DNA from: Steroidobacteraceae bacterium
Lineage (GTDB): Bacteria > Pseudomonadota > Gammaproteobacteria > Steroidobacterales > Steroidobacteraceae
Direction of reading: 5' to 3'
Assembly (NCBI GenBank): GCA_052326345.1
Contig: JBKQOZ010000063.1
Span: 153,507-217,506 of the forward strand
DNA length: 64,000 bases
The first letter of the stretch is position 1, and each line of letters begins with the position of its first letter. The notes beneath the pieces are model-generated. The model was not told where the DNA came from, made no database searches, and was given only the letters and a program-made list of their open reading frames with translations. Of this stretch, positions 36,233-46,135 are shown in pieces. Position numbers and translations under genes: made by a program.

Positions 36233-37684
36233 TCAAAACGGATAATGCCGCGGTGTGGTCTGCAGCGTGATCCAGCGCAGCTCGGTGAAGGCGTCGATGC
36301 CGGCCTTGCCGCCGAAGCGGCCGTAGCCGGAGGCCTTGACGCCGCCGAACGGCATCTGCGCCTCGTCGTGCACGGTCGGACCGTTGATGTGGCAGATGCC
36401 GGAGTCGATGCGCCGCGCGACCTCAATGCCGCGCGCCAGATCGCGCGTGAACACCGCCGCCGACAGCCCGTAATCGGTATCATTGGCGAGGCGGATGGCC
36501 TCATCGACCGAGTCGACGCGGGTAATGGAGACCTGCGGTCCGAAAGACTCTTCACGAAACAGCGTCATGCTCGGCGTCACCCGATCGATCACGATGCCGG
36601 GCATGATGGTGCCGCGCGCTTCGCCGCCGCAGAGCAGCTTCGCACCCTGCTTGACGGCATCCGATATCAGGTATTGCACCCGCTGCACGGTGGCGGGCCC
36701 GACCACCGATCCCAAGACGAACTCGCCCTCGTTGGGATTGCCCACCGGCAACGCCGCCACGCGCTTCGCCAGTTTCGCCGCGAAGCTGTCGGCGACGCTG
36801 CGCTCGACGATCACCCGTTCGGTGGACATGCAGATCTGTCCCTGGTTGGCGAACGCCCCGAACACCGTGGCATCGACCGCGGCATCGATGTCGGCATCCG
36901 CCAGCACCAGGAGCGGTGCTTTGCCGCCAAGCTCGAGCAGTATGGGCTTCAGGTATTTCGCCGCGAGCTGCGCGAGGATGCGGCCGACGCGGCTCGACCC
37001 GGTGAAGTTGACGCGCTTCACCGCGGCGTGAGCGATCACCGTCTCGCTCACGGCCTGCGCATCCTTGAGGTCCGCGCTGATGATATTGACCACTCCGCCG
37101 CCCAAGCCCGCTTCCTCGAGCACCGTGCCGATCAGCAAATGCGTCGCCGGGCACACCTCCGAGGATTTGAGCACCACCGTGTTGCCGCACGCGAGCGGCA
37201 TCGCCACGGCGCGCACGCCCAAGATGACCGGGGCATTCCACGGAGCGATGCCGAACACCACTCCCGCCGGCTGGCGGTAGGCCATCGCGAGACTCCCGGG
37301 GACATCGGAGGGGATGACCTCCCCGCCGATCTGGGAAGTCATCGCGGCCGCCTCGCGCAGCATGCCCGCGGCCAAATGCACGTTGAAGTGTCCCCAGCCT
37401 GCGGTCGAGCCGGTTTCATCGCGCACGATGGTGGCGAATTGAGCGCCTCGCGCCTCGAGAAGGTCGGCTGCCTTGTTCAGCTTGGCGCGCCGCGCGGCCG
37501 GCCCGAGCGCCGACCAGGCGGGAAAGGCCGCCACAGCCGCCTCGACTGCGGCGGTCGCGTCCGCCGGTCCCGCCGCGGCGCTGCGGCTCACTACGGCGCC
37601 CGACACCGGATTGCAGCGCTCGAACACGGCGCCGGATCGTGCGGCCGATTCGACCCCGCCAATCAGCAATTTGACTTCGTTCAT
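36233..37684 (-). CDS. Aromatic aldehyde dehydrogenase (vanillin/benzaldehyde dehydrogenase-like)
   Basis: The 483-aa protein has GIAPWNAP, LLELGGKAP and NQGQICMSTERV. The C-terminus FTELRWITLQ....HYPF is as I recall for Vdh/LigV/XylC-type enzymes. An AGGAAA Shine-Dalgarno is present. Confidence 0.85.
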   Translation of the reverse strand: MNEVKLLIGGVESAARSGAVFERCNPVSGAVVSRSAAAGPADATAAVEAAVAAFPAWSALGPAARRAKLNKAADLLEARGAQFATIVRDETGSTAGWGHFNVHLAAGMLREAAAMTSQIGGEVIPSDVPGSLAMAYRQPAGVVFGIAPWNAPVILGVRAVAMPLACGNTVVLKSSEVCPATHLLIGTVLEEAGLGGGVVNIISADLKDAQAVSETVIAHAAVKRVNFTGSSRVGRILAQLAAKYLKPILLELGGKAPLLVLADADIDAAVDATVFGAFANQGQICMSTERVIVERSVADSFAAKLAKRVAALPVGNPNEGEFVLGSVVGPATVQRVQYLISDAVKQGAKLLCGGEARGTIMPGIVIDRVTPSMTLFREESFGPQVSITRVDSVDEAIRLANDTDYGLSAAVFTRDLARGIEVARRIDSGICHINGPTVHDEAQMPFGGVKASGYGRFGGKAGIDAFTELRWITLQTTPRHYPF

Positions 37685-37861
37685 GGGGATGGTTTCCTGA
37701 TACAGTCGCCGGTGAAATTTTACGCCTAAGCTGGCCGGTTGCACCGCAGCGGGACGTTCGCTCTCAATCGAATCGAAGCTCTTCATCGATCGAGCCTGTG
37801 CCGGGGTGAGTGGCGCTTCATTGGGCCTAAGCATCCGCTATCAATCCGTGGAGAAAATGCC

Positions 37862-39391
37862 GTGAACGCAAATATGAACGTCCAGTCCAATGCCATTGCC
37901 GCTCAGCCGAGCCCATCCGCGGCGGTCAGCAAATTCCTGTCCTTGAAGCCGCGGCTGTTCATCAACAATGAATGGGTGGAGGCCCGGTCCGGCAAGACCC
38001 TCAAGGTATTCGATCCGGCCACCGGGCGCGAAATCGGACAGGTCGCCGATGCGGGTCCGGAGGACGTCAATCGCGCCGTCGCCGCCGCTCGCGCCGCGCT
38101 CGAGACCGGGCCATGGGCCAGCATGCTGCCGGCAGGCCGCGAGGCGCTGTTGTGGAAGCTGGCGGATCTCATCGAACAGAACGCCGCGGAGTTCGCCGAG
38201 ATCGAGAGTATCGACAACGGCAAGACGCGCTTCATGGCGAGCATCATCGATGTGCCCGGCTCGCGGGATTATTTTCGCTACATGGCGGGCTGGGCGACGA
38301 AGATCGAAGGCACCACCATGCAGACCTCGATCGGCATGCCGCCGGGAGCCAAGTACCATACCTACGTCGCGCGTGAGCCGGTCGGTGTGGTGGGGCAAAT
38401 CGTGCCATGGAATTTTCCGTTGGCCATGGCCGCCTGGAAATTGGGCCCGGCTCTCGCGGTCGGATGCACCTGCGTGCTGAAGCCCGCGGAGCAGACGCCG
38501 CTGTCGGCGCTGCGACTCGGCGAGCTCATTCGCGAAGCCGGGTTCCCGCCGGGCGTCGTCAACATTTTGACCGGCGAGGGCGAAACGACCGGAGCCGCGC
38601 TGGTGGCGCATCCGGGTGTCGACAAGATCGCGTTCACGGGTTCCACCGAGGTCGGCAAACTGATCAACAAGAGCGCGACCGACAGCCTCAAGCGCGTGTC
38701 GCTGGAACTCGGCGGCAAGTCGCCGATGATCGTGCTGCCGGATGCGGATCCGCAGGCCGTGGCCGGCGGCAGCGCCGGCGCGATCTTCTTCAATGCGGGC
38801 CAGGTCTGCACCGCCGGTTCGCGCCTGTACGTGCACAGCTCCCTATTCGACAAGGTGGTGGAGGGCGTCAGCGCGGCTGCCGCCGGCATCCGCCTGGGGC
38901 CGGGGTTGGATCAAACGACCGAAATGGGGCCGCTGGTCTCTAAGGAACAGCAGGAGCGCGTGCTCGGCTACATCGAGTCCGGCCGCAAGCAGGGTGCATC
39001 GGTCACGGTCGGCGGAGAGGCGCCGTCGCATCCGGGCTACTTCGTCAAACCCACCGTCATGGTCAACGTGCGTGCGGATATGCGAGTGGTGCGCGAGGAG
39101 ATCTTCGGGCCGGTGCTGGTGGCGCAGCGCTTCGATGATCTCGACGATGTGGTCAAGGCGGCGAACGATACTCCCTACGGATTAGGGGCCAGTATCTGGA
39201 CCAACAACCTGTCGGCGGCGCATCGACTAGTCCCGCGCATCAAGGCGGGTACGGTATGGGTGAACTGTCACAACATGGTCGACCCGAACATGCCGTTCGG
39301 CGGTTTCAAGCAGTCCGGCTTTGGACGCGAGCACGGCCGGGTGGCGATCGAGATGTACACCGAGGTCAAATCCGTCTGCATGATGGTTTAA
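37862..39391 (+). CDS. NAD-dependent aldehyde dehydrogenase
   Basis: It has VGQIVPWNFPL, SLELGGKSP, NAGQVCTAGSRL and EEIFGPV, and is a paralog of 18610-20112. The start is GTG 37862 (GGAGA Shine-Dalgarno) or ATG 37874. Confidence 0.85.
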   Translation: MNANMNVQSNAIAAQPSPSAAVSKFLSLKPRLFINNEWVEARSGKTLKVFDPATGREIGQVADAGPEDVNRAVAAARAALETGPWASMLPAGREALLWKLADLIEQNAAEFAEIESIDNGKTRFMASIIDVPGSRDYFRYMAGWATKIEGTTMQTSIGMPPGAKYHTYVAREPVGVVGQIVPWNFPLAMAAWKLGPALAVGCTCVLKPAEQTPLSALRLGELIREAGFPPGVVNILTGEGETTGAALVAHPGVDKIAFTGSTEVGKLINKSATDSLKRVSLELGGKSPMIVLPDADPQAVAGGSAGAIFFNAGQVCTAGSRLYVHSSLFDKVVEGVSAAAAGIRLGPGLDQTTEMGPLVSKEQQERVLGYIESGRKQGASVTVGGEAPSHPGYFVKPTVMVNVRADMRVVREEIFGPVLVAQRFDDLDDVVKAANDTPYGLGASIWTNNLSAAHRLVPRIKAGTVWVNCHNMVDPNMPFGGFKQSGFGREHGRVAIEMYTEVKSVCMMV

Positions 39392-39402
39392 AGGTTCACG
39401 GC

Positions 39403-41544
39403 ATGAGACCTCGAAGCACCGCCTGGGCGGCGATTGCCCTCGCTCTCGCGGCGTGCACCCCGCCGTCGCCGCCCCCCTCCGCCGGTGCGGCGCCCAAGCC
39501 CAAGCCGGCGGCGGCCGTGGACGGTGCGCGCCTGCTCGCGGCCAACAGCGAGCCGGGCAATTGGATGAGCCCGGGCCGCACCTACGATGAACAGCATTTC
39601 AGTCCGCTGCAGAAGATCAATGCCGACAACGTGAAGCAGTTGGGGCTTGCCTGGTTCTACGATCTGGACACCGCGCACCGTGGCCAGGAAGCGACGCCGT
39701 TGGTCATCGACGGGGTCATGTATGTCACCAGCGCATGGAGCAAGGTGTTTGCGCTGAACGCAAAAACCGGCGCTCCGCTGTGGACCTTTGACCCCAAAGT
39801 GCCGGGCCAAGCGGCGATCAACGCCTGCTGCGACGTGGTGAATCGCGGTGTAGCGGTCTGGAAGGGCCGAGTCTACGTGGGTGCGCTCGATGGCCGGTTG
39901 ATCGCTCTGGATGCGGCGTCCGGCAATCCGGTCTGGGAGGTCAAGACCGTCCCCGAGGGTGGGCGCTACACCATCACGGGTGCGCCGCGCGTCGTCAAGG
40001 GAATGGTGCTGATCGGCAATGGCGGCGGCGAGATGGGTATCCGCGGCTATGTCACGGCCTACGACGCCGAGGATGGCAAGCAGCTGTGGCGGTTCTATAC
40101 CGTTCCCGGCGATCCCTCGCGGCCGTTCGAGAGTCCGGCCTTGGAGAAGGCGGCGAAGACCTGGAGCGGCGGAGACTGGTGGAAATTCGGCGGCGGCGGA
40201 CCGGCATGGGATTCGATCGTCTACGACCCCACATTGAACCTGCTCTACATCGGCGTTGGAAACGGAAAGTGGAACCGCGGCAAGATTCGCGGCGATGCGC
40301 TGTATTTGTCCTCGATCGTGGCGCTGAAGGCGGACACCGGCGAATACGTGTGGCACTACCAGACCACCCCAGGCGATGAATGGGACTTCGATGCTTGCTC
40401 GCCGATGATTCTCGCCGATCTCGACATCGGCGGAGTGAAGCGCGCGGTGCTCATGCAGGCGCCGAAAAACGGATTTTTCTACGTGCTGGATCGAGCGACC
40501 GGGGAATTGATATCCGCCGACGCATTTGCAACGACCACGTGGGCGAAGGGCGTGGACCTCAAGAGCGGGCGCCCGATCGTGGCGCAAGGCGCCCGCTACG
40601 GCGAGAGCGGCAAACCCTTCGTCTCGATGCCGGGGCCCGGCGGTGCGCACAGCTGGCAGCCCATGTCGTTCAGTTCCGTGACCCATTGGGTCTATCTGCC
40701 GGTCACCGAAGCCGCGTTTCCGTTTTTTCCCGAGAAGAATCCGCAGCATCACGACCTCGCCTGGAATACGGGCGATGAGTTCAATTCCGGCAGTCTGCCG
40801 CAGGATCCAAAGATCAAGGAACAGATTGAGGCCGGCTTAAAGGGCCATCTAGAGGCGTGGGACCCGGTCGCCCGCAAAGAAGTGTGGCGGGTCGAGCTTG
40901 GCCATCCTTGGAACGGCGGCGTCGTGTCCACCGCCGGCAATCTGGTGTTCCAGGGAACCGGGATGGGCCAGTTCTTCGCCTACCGCGCCGACACCGGCGA
41001 GCGGCTGTGGTCCGCGGAAACCCAGGCGGGCGTGCTCGCCGCACCGATCTCCTACGAGGTCGACGGGGAGCAATACGTGGCGGTCGAAGTAGGCTGGGGC
41101 GGAGCATTTGGCCTCGCGGCCGGTGAGCTGGCGCTGGTGTCGCACACGGCCTCGAACCTGCCGCGGGTGCTGGTGTTCAAGCTCGGCGGAACCGCCCAGC
41201 TGCCCGCGGCGGTGGCGGTCTCCGCCGTACTCGATCCGCCGCCCGATACCGCTGGGGCCGCGACCGTGCAGGCGGGCAAAGCGCTGTATCAAGAGTACTG
41301 CTCCAGCTGTCACGGTGACAGCGCGACGAGTTCCGGAGTGCTGCCCGACCTGCGCTATTCCGCGGTGCTCAAGGACCCGCAAGCGATGGATATGATCGTG
41401 CTTCAGGGCGTTCGCATGGACCATGGCATGGTCGCGTTCAAGGAGGAGATCACGCCGCAGGATCTGCAGAAGATTGCTGCGTATGTGATTCACCGCGCCA
41501 ACGAGGACAAGAAAGCGCAGAGCGCCGCCGCCGCGAAACCCTGA
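39403..41544 (+). CDS. PQQ-dependent quinohemoprotein alcohol dehydrogenase (type II) with lipoprotein-type signal peptide
   Basis: It shows beta-propeller W-motifs, the adjacent Cys pair INACCD, and a C-terminal cytochrome c domain with CSSCHG. The N-terminus AAIALALAAC-TPPSPPP looks like a lipobox. Confidence 0.85.
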   Translation: MRPRSTAWAAIALALAACTPPSPPPSAGAAPKPKPAAAVDGARLLAANSEPGNWMSPGRTYDEQHFSPLQKINADNVKQLGLAWFYDLDTAHRGQEATPLVIDGVMYVTSAWSKVFALNAKTGAPLWTFDPKVPGQAAINACCDVVNRGVAVWKGRVYVGALDGRLIALDAASGNPVWEVKTVPEGGRYTITGAPRVVKGMVLIGNGGGEMGIRGYVTAYDAEDGKQLWRFYTVPGDPSRPFESPALEKAAKTWSGGDWWKFGGGGPAWDSIVYDPTLNLLYIGVGNGKWNRGKIRGDALYLSSIVALKADTGEYVWHYQTTPGDEWDFDACSPMILADLDIGGVKRAVLMQAPKNGFFYVLDRATGELISADAFATTTWAKGVDLKSGRPIVAQGARYGESGKPFVSMPGPGGAHSWQPMSFSSVTHWVYLPVTEAAFPFFPEKNPQHHDLAWNTGDEFNSGSLPQDPKIKEQIEAGLKGHLEAWDPVARKEVWRVELGHPWNGGVVSTAGNLVFQGTGMGQFFAYRADTGERLWSAETQAGVLAAPISYEVDGEQYVAVEVGWGGAFGLAAGELALVSHTASNLPRVLVFKLGGTAQLPAAVAVSAVLDPPPDTAGAATVQAGKALYQEYCSSCHGDSATSSGVLPDLRYSAVLKDPQAMDMIVLQGVRMDHGMVAFKEEITPQDLQKIAAYVIHRANEDKKAQSAAAAKP

Positions 41545-41590
41545 GCGCCGGACGGCGCGCCTCAGCCGGCGCCTCGGCCGGCGCCTGCGG

Positions 41591-42262
41591 TCAGACCAGA
41601 ATCTTTCGCCCTGTGTCGAGGGTGGTCTTGTCCTTCTCGCCGATATCGCCGGGCGGCGGAATCGCGCGCCCGCGTTTCACCGCGGGGCGCTCGCCGACGG
41701 TGTTGAGCCATCGCGCCAGATTCGGCAAACCGTCGATATTTACGCCCGACCATTCATAGCCGTGGATCCACGACCAATGCGCGATGTCGGCGATGGAATA
41801 CTCCTTGCCGGCGACGTATTCATGGCCCTTGAGCTGGCCCTCGAGGACTTCGAACAGGCGGCGCACTTCGCGCTGATAGCGGTCGATCGCGTAGGGGATC
41901 TTCTCCGGCGCATAGCGGAAGAACACGTTCGCCTGGCCCATCATCGGGCCGATTCCCGCCATCTGAAACATCAGCCACTGCATGACCAACGATCGGCCTT
42001 TCAAGTCCTTCGGCATCAGCTTCCCGGTCTTTTCCGCGAGATAAATCAAGATGGCGCCGGATTCGAACACCGCGAAATCGCCGTTGCCGCGATCGACGAT
42101 GGCCGGAATACGGCCGTTCGGATTGATCTTCAGATACCACTCCGCCTTTTGCTCCTGCGTCGAAAATGACAGCGGATGAACGGTGTACGCGATGGCGAGT
42201 TCTTCCAACGCAATGGAAATCTTCCAGCCGTTCGGCGTCGCGGCGGTATACAGGTCGATCAT
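41591..42262 (-). CDS. Nu-class glutathione S-transferase (YfcG/YghU-like)
   Basis: The segments MIDLY.A.TPNG.KI...[33 protein letters not shown] and IPYAI.RYQ.E..RL parallel E. coli YfcG as I recall it. Confidence 0.85.
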   Translation of the reverse strand: MIDLYTAATPNGWKISIALEELAIAYTVHPLSFSTQEQKAEWYLKINPNGRIPAIVDRGNGDFAVFESGAILIYLAEKTGKLMPKDLKGRSLVMQWLMFQMAGIGPMMGQANVFFRYAPEKIPYAIDRYQREVRRLFEVLEGQLKGHEYVAGKEYSIADIAHWSWIHGYEWSGVNIDGLPNLARWLNTVGERPAVKRGRAIPPPGDIGEKDKTTLDTGRKILV

Positions 42263-42479
42263 GGCGAGTCCTCGCTGTGCTTGTTTGTGAGTGCGCGCCG
42301 CGAAGTACACCCGCGGCCGAATTGCTAGTCAAGTGTATGCGCAGCACGCAGCCGTACCTTCCCTCACTGTCGACTTTTGCTTCAGGGAGGGTAGAGCCGC
42401 CGAGCGGCCGAGTGGCAACAGTAGGAGAACACGCGCAGGGCTTCGGTGCAAAATTTCAGCTCGCGCACGGGAAGTAACG

Positions 42480-43376
42480 ATGCGGAACCTCAACGGCAAA
42501 GTAGCGTTCATCACCGGCGGCGGAAGCGGCGTCGGATATGGCATAGCCAAGTGCGCAGCCGAGGCGGGCATGAAGGTGGCGATTGCCGACGTCCGTGTAG
42601 ATCACCTCGAGCAGGCGCTCGGGCGGTTGCGTGCAGCCGGTGCGCATGCGCACGGCATGCTGGTGGACGTGGCCGATGCGGCGGCGGTGGAGCGCGCCGC
42701 AGAGGAGACCGTGCGCGAGTTCGGCAAGGTGCACCTCGTATGCAACAACGCGGGCGTCAGCATATTCGGCCCGATGGATGCGGCCACGATGGATGATTGG
42801 CGCTGGATCATGGGCGTGAACGTCGACGGCGTGATCAACGGCATCCAGTCGTTCATCCCGCGCCTCAAGGCGCACGGCGAAGGCGGCCACATCGTCAATA
42901 CCGCCTCGATGGCAGGCCTGCTGGTGGGTCCGGGCATGGGCCTGTATTCGGCGTCCAAATTTGCCGTGGTCGGTTTGACGACTTCGCTGCGCTACGATCT
43001 GGCGCCGCACGGCATCGGCGTGTCGGTACTGTGTCCAGGATTCGTGCGCAGCAATATTCACGAGGCGGTGAAAACGCGCCCCAAGCATCTGGCGCAGACC
43101 GGCTATCCCGTGACCGAAGAAGAAATGAAGCGTCTGGACGGGGTGCTGTCGGTGGGTATGGATCCCGTCGAGGTGGGCGCGCACGTCATCGCCGGCGTGC
43201 GCGAGAACCGGCCATACATATTTCCCCATGCGGAATTTCGCGATGAGCTGCGCGCGGTAATGGACGAACTGCTCGCCGCGCTTCCCGACCGGCCGCCCGA
43301 CCCCAAGCGCATGGCGGTCGAGGACTGGCGGCGCCAGCGCAAGGCGGACGCCGCAAAACTCATCAAGAATCTCTGA
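42480..43376 (+). CDS. SDR with C-terminal extension, LigD/LigL/LigN (C-alpha dehydrogenase)-like
   Basis: It has KVAFITGGGSGVGYG, ADVR, NNAGV..FGP, DDWRWIMGVNVDGVINGIQSFIPR, YSASKFAVVGL and GVSVLCPGFVRSNI. By eye this is close to my recollection of SYK-6 LigD. Confidence 0.8.
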   Translation: MRNLNGKVAFITGGGSGVGYGIAKCAAEAGMKVAIADVRVDHLEQALGRLRAAGAHAHGMLVDVADAAAVERAAEETVREFGKVHLVCNNAGVSIFGPMDAATMDDWRWIMGVNVDGVINGIQSFIPRLKAHGEGGHIVNTASMAGLLVGPGMGLYSASKFAVVGLTTSLRYDLAPHGIGVSVLCPGFVRSNIHEAVKTRPKHLAQTGYPVTEEEMKRLDGVLSVGMDPVEVGAHVIAGVRENRPYIFPHAEFRDELRAVMDELLAALPDRPPDPKRMAVEDWRRQRKADAAKLIKNL

Positions 43377-43384
43377 GCGCGCGC

Positions 43385-44127
43385 GTGGTGCCGGACCTGT
43401 CGAGGAGTACAGCGCAGGTCGAGCAGCCGTGGCCGTCGCGGGGCCGCGCCTGGTATGCAGTGTTCGTGTTCGCGGTCGTCTTGTGCATGAATTTTCTCGA
43501 CCGGGGCATTCTGCGGCTGCTGGTCCAGCCGATCAAACGCGATCTCGGTCTCACCGGGCGCTGTGCGGGCTCGCTCATTCCTTCGCCCAGCTTTTTTTCG
43601 CACGCATCGGTGTCGGCGGCGGCGAGGCGTGCGTGATCGGCGCGCTCGAGCACCTGCCGCCGGTCACGCTGCCGGCCGTTGGTGTGCTGCGCCCGTGGCA
43701 GCTCACGTTCCTCACGGTGGGTATCCCGGGTTTGCTGGTGGCGCTGCTGATGGGCACGGCGGTTGAGCCGGCGCGGCGCGAGCTCCTTGCGCCGGCGAGT
43801 GGCTCCGCGGGCACGTCGGCATGCTCGATACCGGTCCGCGATGTGGTGGGCTACCTATGGTCGAACCGTGCCGTGTACGGACCGATGTACGGCGCGCTTG
43901 CGCTGCAGTCTATTCCGGCGCAGGGCAACATCAGCTGGGGGCCGGCGTTTTTCATCCGTGTGCATCACTGGACACCGCGCCATGTGGGTCTCGCTTTCGG
44001 CACCGTAACGCTCGTCGTCGCGCCACTGGCGCTCACGGCCTTCGGCGCATCGCTCTTTTTCGCGATGATGACGCCGGGCCCGCAAAATGCGGCGCTGCAG
44101 AGCATTACGCCGAACGACCGCCGCTAA
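43385..44127 (+). pseudogene. Decayed MFS transporter gene (frameshift plus multiple internal deletions)
   Basis: Frame A (43385-43636) starts like the intact MFS at 29935-31518 (WYAVFVFAVVLCMNFLDRGILRLLVQPIKRDLGLT) and then degenerates. Frame B (to 44127) carries later MFS pieces (FARIGVGGGEA..., LTFLTVGIPGLLVALL...). The total of ~745 nt compares with ~1.4-1.6 kb expected. Confidence 0.65.
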
Positions 44128-44340
44128 CGAAAGCGGCGCCACATCGGTGCGTGACACGCCATGGTTGAACTACGTTGGTGCGCCGTGGGTAATGTAAGAG
44201 TCGGCGCCACGAGGGAGCAGGCGCGAAAAGTGCTGTGAAATCAACTGCAATGCTCGAATGGATAGCGACGCCGGCCATCCAGGATTGCTGGCACGGCGAT
44301 TGCTGGGATATCAGCAGATCCAACCTTCAGGGGGTGGGCC

Positions 44341-44628
44341 ATGAGGTTCCATATCGATTGGGGCAAGACCTTTCAGGCGATGCTGGCCTTTCAGATCAGC
44401 CCGCCAGCGCAGCGCAACATCAAGTCTGCGATACGCCAACCTGAAACCCTGGCGCCGCGTCCCATGGCGAGGCGGTCCCCGCGATTGGAGCTGCCATCGC
44501 AGAACGCTGGGATTGTCGAAGATTCGGCGATGATCAGCGCGCTCTATGAAGCCCACCTGTCCATGGAGAAGATGCTGGCGGCCTTGGCTGAATTTCGCGG
44601 GGACGATGCCGAGGACGCCCTCGGGTAA
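44341..44628 (+). CDS. Hypothetical protein (weak call)
   Basis: The 95-aa ORF has a GGGGTGGG stretch just upstream of its ATG. It sits in a lower-GC gap between a pseudogene and a lipoprotein gene. No family was recognised. Confidence 0.25.
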   Translation: MRFHIDWGKTFQAMLAFQISPPAQRNIKSAIRQPETLAPRPMARRSPRLELPSQNAGIVEDSAMISALYEAHLSMEKMLAALAEFRGDDAEDALG

Positions 44629-44748
44629 ACCGACGGGGCGCGTGCCGGGCAACTGCCGACCAATAGCGGCAAATGTATGTGCGGTAGAGCGCTTGTTGGC
44701 GGTATGCTGAGCGTGTCGTATGGCATTCATTTTTTTTGGGGAGCGATA

Positions 44749-45093
44749 ATGATTAGAACGAACCTATATGGCGCAGCTCTCTGCGCATTCGCCCTGGTCG
44801 TATTGACTGGCTGCGCGGAGCAGGAAAAGAAGGAGGCAGCGGCGGCTCAGACGATGCCTATCAACTGCGCTACTGCCCCGGGCGACCTGCGTGTGCTGAA
44901 CTCAGAGAAGGCCAGCACGGCAACAAAGATCGGTAATGGCATCTCGATGGTTGCGCCGATAGGCCTTGTCGTCGGGTTGGTTCAAGGTACCGAAAAGACC
45001 AAATACGAGGTGACGACCGGAGAATACAACAAGGCGCTCGACACCAAAATCGCTCAGATCAAGGCAGCTTGTCCGGGGGCTCAAGCAGATTAG
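44749..45093 (+). CDS. Small lipoprotein, unknown function
   Basis: The signal peptide ends in a lipobox (ALVVLTGC), a GGGGAG Shine-Dalgarno is present, and GC is lower than the surroundings. Confidence 0.6.
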   Translation: MIRTNLYGAALCAFALVVLTGCAEQEKKEAAAAQTMPINCATAPGDLRVLNSEKASTATKIGNGISMVAPIGLVVGLVQGTEKTKYEVTTGEYNKALDTKIAQIKAACPGAQAD

Positions 45094-45109
45094 GGAGCCG
45101 ATCGGCTCC
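45094..45109 (+). terminator. Short hairpin GGAGCC-gatc-GGCTCC immediately after the lipoprotein stop codon
   Basis: It is a perfect 6-bp stem with a 4-nt loop, followed by GTTTA. As an intrinsic terminator it is weak. Confidence 0.35.
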
Positions 45110-45212
45110 GTTTAACGGGCGGAGCGCCGCCGCTTGGCGTTTGCTCGATGACATTGCCAAGGGCCTTGAGGCTATGGAATAGGCGCGTCAGCCCGTGCGC
45201 CCGTTAACTCGT

Positions 45213-45395
45213 GGGGTTGGCGGGAACGAAGTCGACGACGGCCAGCGCGTCATTGAGCACGAAGGCCAATGGCAAGGCTTTGAGACACAGATTTCCCGCT
45301 ACGTCGACGACAAGCTCGCCGTGATCGTCCTGACCAACCTCGCCGAAGCCAAGCCGGGCCGCATTACCCACGGCGTCGCGCGCATCTATCTCAAG
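45213..45395 (+). pseudogene. C-terminal remnant of a serine hydrolase / beta-lactamase-family gene
   Basis: The translation ...HEGQWQGFETQISRYVDDKLAVIVLTNLAEAKPGRITHGVARIYL resembles the extreme C-terminus of class-C beta-lactamase-fold proteins. There is no N-terminal catalytic SxxK region upstream. Confidence 0.5.
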
Positions 45396-45422
45396 AAGGG
45401 AACCGCCGGGGCCGACCGCCTG

Positions 45423-46073
45423 TCAGTCTTGATCCGGCGCTCCCAAGGGAAATAACTTGCGGTACGGACGCGCCTCATCGACCACACGGGCGACGGAGGG
45501 TCGGGAAAGAACTCGGCGGCGGTAGGCAAGAACGCCTGGGAAGCGGCCGCCGATCGGATGGACCCAATCGGCATAAAATAGCGCGGGGGCGGCGGAACAT
45601 TCCGCAAGCGAGAACACATCGCTCAGCCACGTCTCTCGTGTGACTCGCTCGTCCAGCCACGCATACGCCACGTCAAGCATTTTCCTCGCATCTGCAACGC
45701 CCTTCGCATCTCGCTCCTTCTCGGTGCGCATCCGATCCGAGACCAGAGTCTGCATCGGAGTCATGACGTAGTTGTCAAAAAACCGATCCACGAAGCGCAC
45801 CTGCAGCGCCGCATCGTCATTCGCCGGTAGCATGGGTGCATCTCCGGGATGACGGAGCATCAGGTATTCCACGATGACGCTGGATTCGACGATGGTCGTG
45901 TCGCCATCCCTGAGCAAAGGAAATTTCTTGATTGGCCACAGCGCTTCCAGCGCTGCCCAGCCTTCAGCATCTTCGATCACTCGATAGCTGAACGGGGTCG
46001 CATTCTCGTACAACGCAATCAATACCTTCCAACAATAGGCGGCAAAGGGGTGAGCGTAGAGGGTCAACGACAT
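45423..46073 (-). CDS. Glutathione S-transferase family protein
   Basis: The 216-aa protein starts MSLTLYAHPFAAYCWKVLIALYE and has the thioredoxin-fold motif KFPLLRDGDTTIVESSVIVEYL plus a C-terminal helical domain. Confidence 0.8.
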   Translation of the reverse strand: MSLTLYAHPFAAYCWKVLIALYENATPFSYRVIEDAEGWAALEALWPIKKFPLLRDGDTTIVESSVIVEYLMLRHPGDAPMLPANDDAALQVRFVDRFFDNYVMTPMQTLVSDRMRTEKERDAKGVADARKMLDVAYAWLDERVTRETWLSDVFSLAECSAAPALFYADWVHPIGGRFPGVLAYRRRVLSRPSVARVVDEARPYRKLFPLGAPDQD

Positions 46074-46135
46074 GCGAATGGCTCCAGTAGTTGCCTGTGA
46101 CAAGACCAATGCCTTAGGTGCTCGGCCGCCCGCGA

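Noticed and set aside
44311-44730. A 139-aa minus-strand ORF and a 69-aa plus-strand ORF (44235-44444) in the gap after the MFS pseudogene.
   Set aside because: There is no Shine-Dalgarno site and no recognisable motifs. The composition is Arg/Gly/Pro-rich and typical of a non-coding frame. They overlap the slightly better-supported ORF at 44341-44628.
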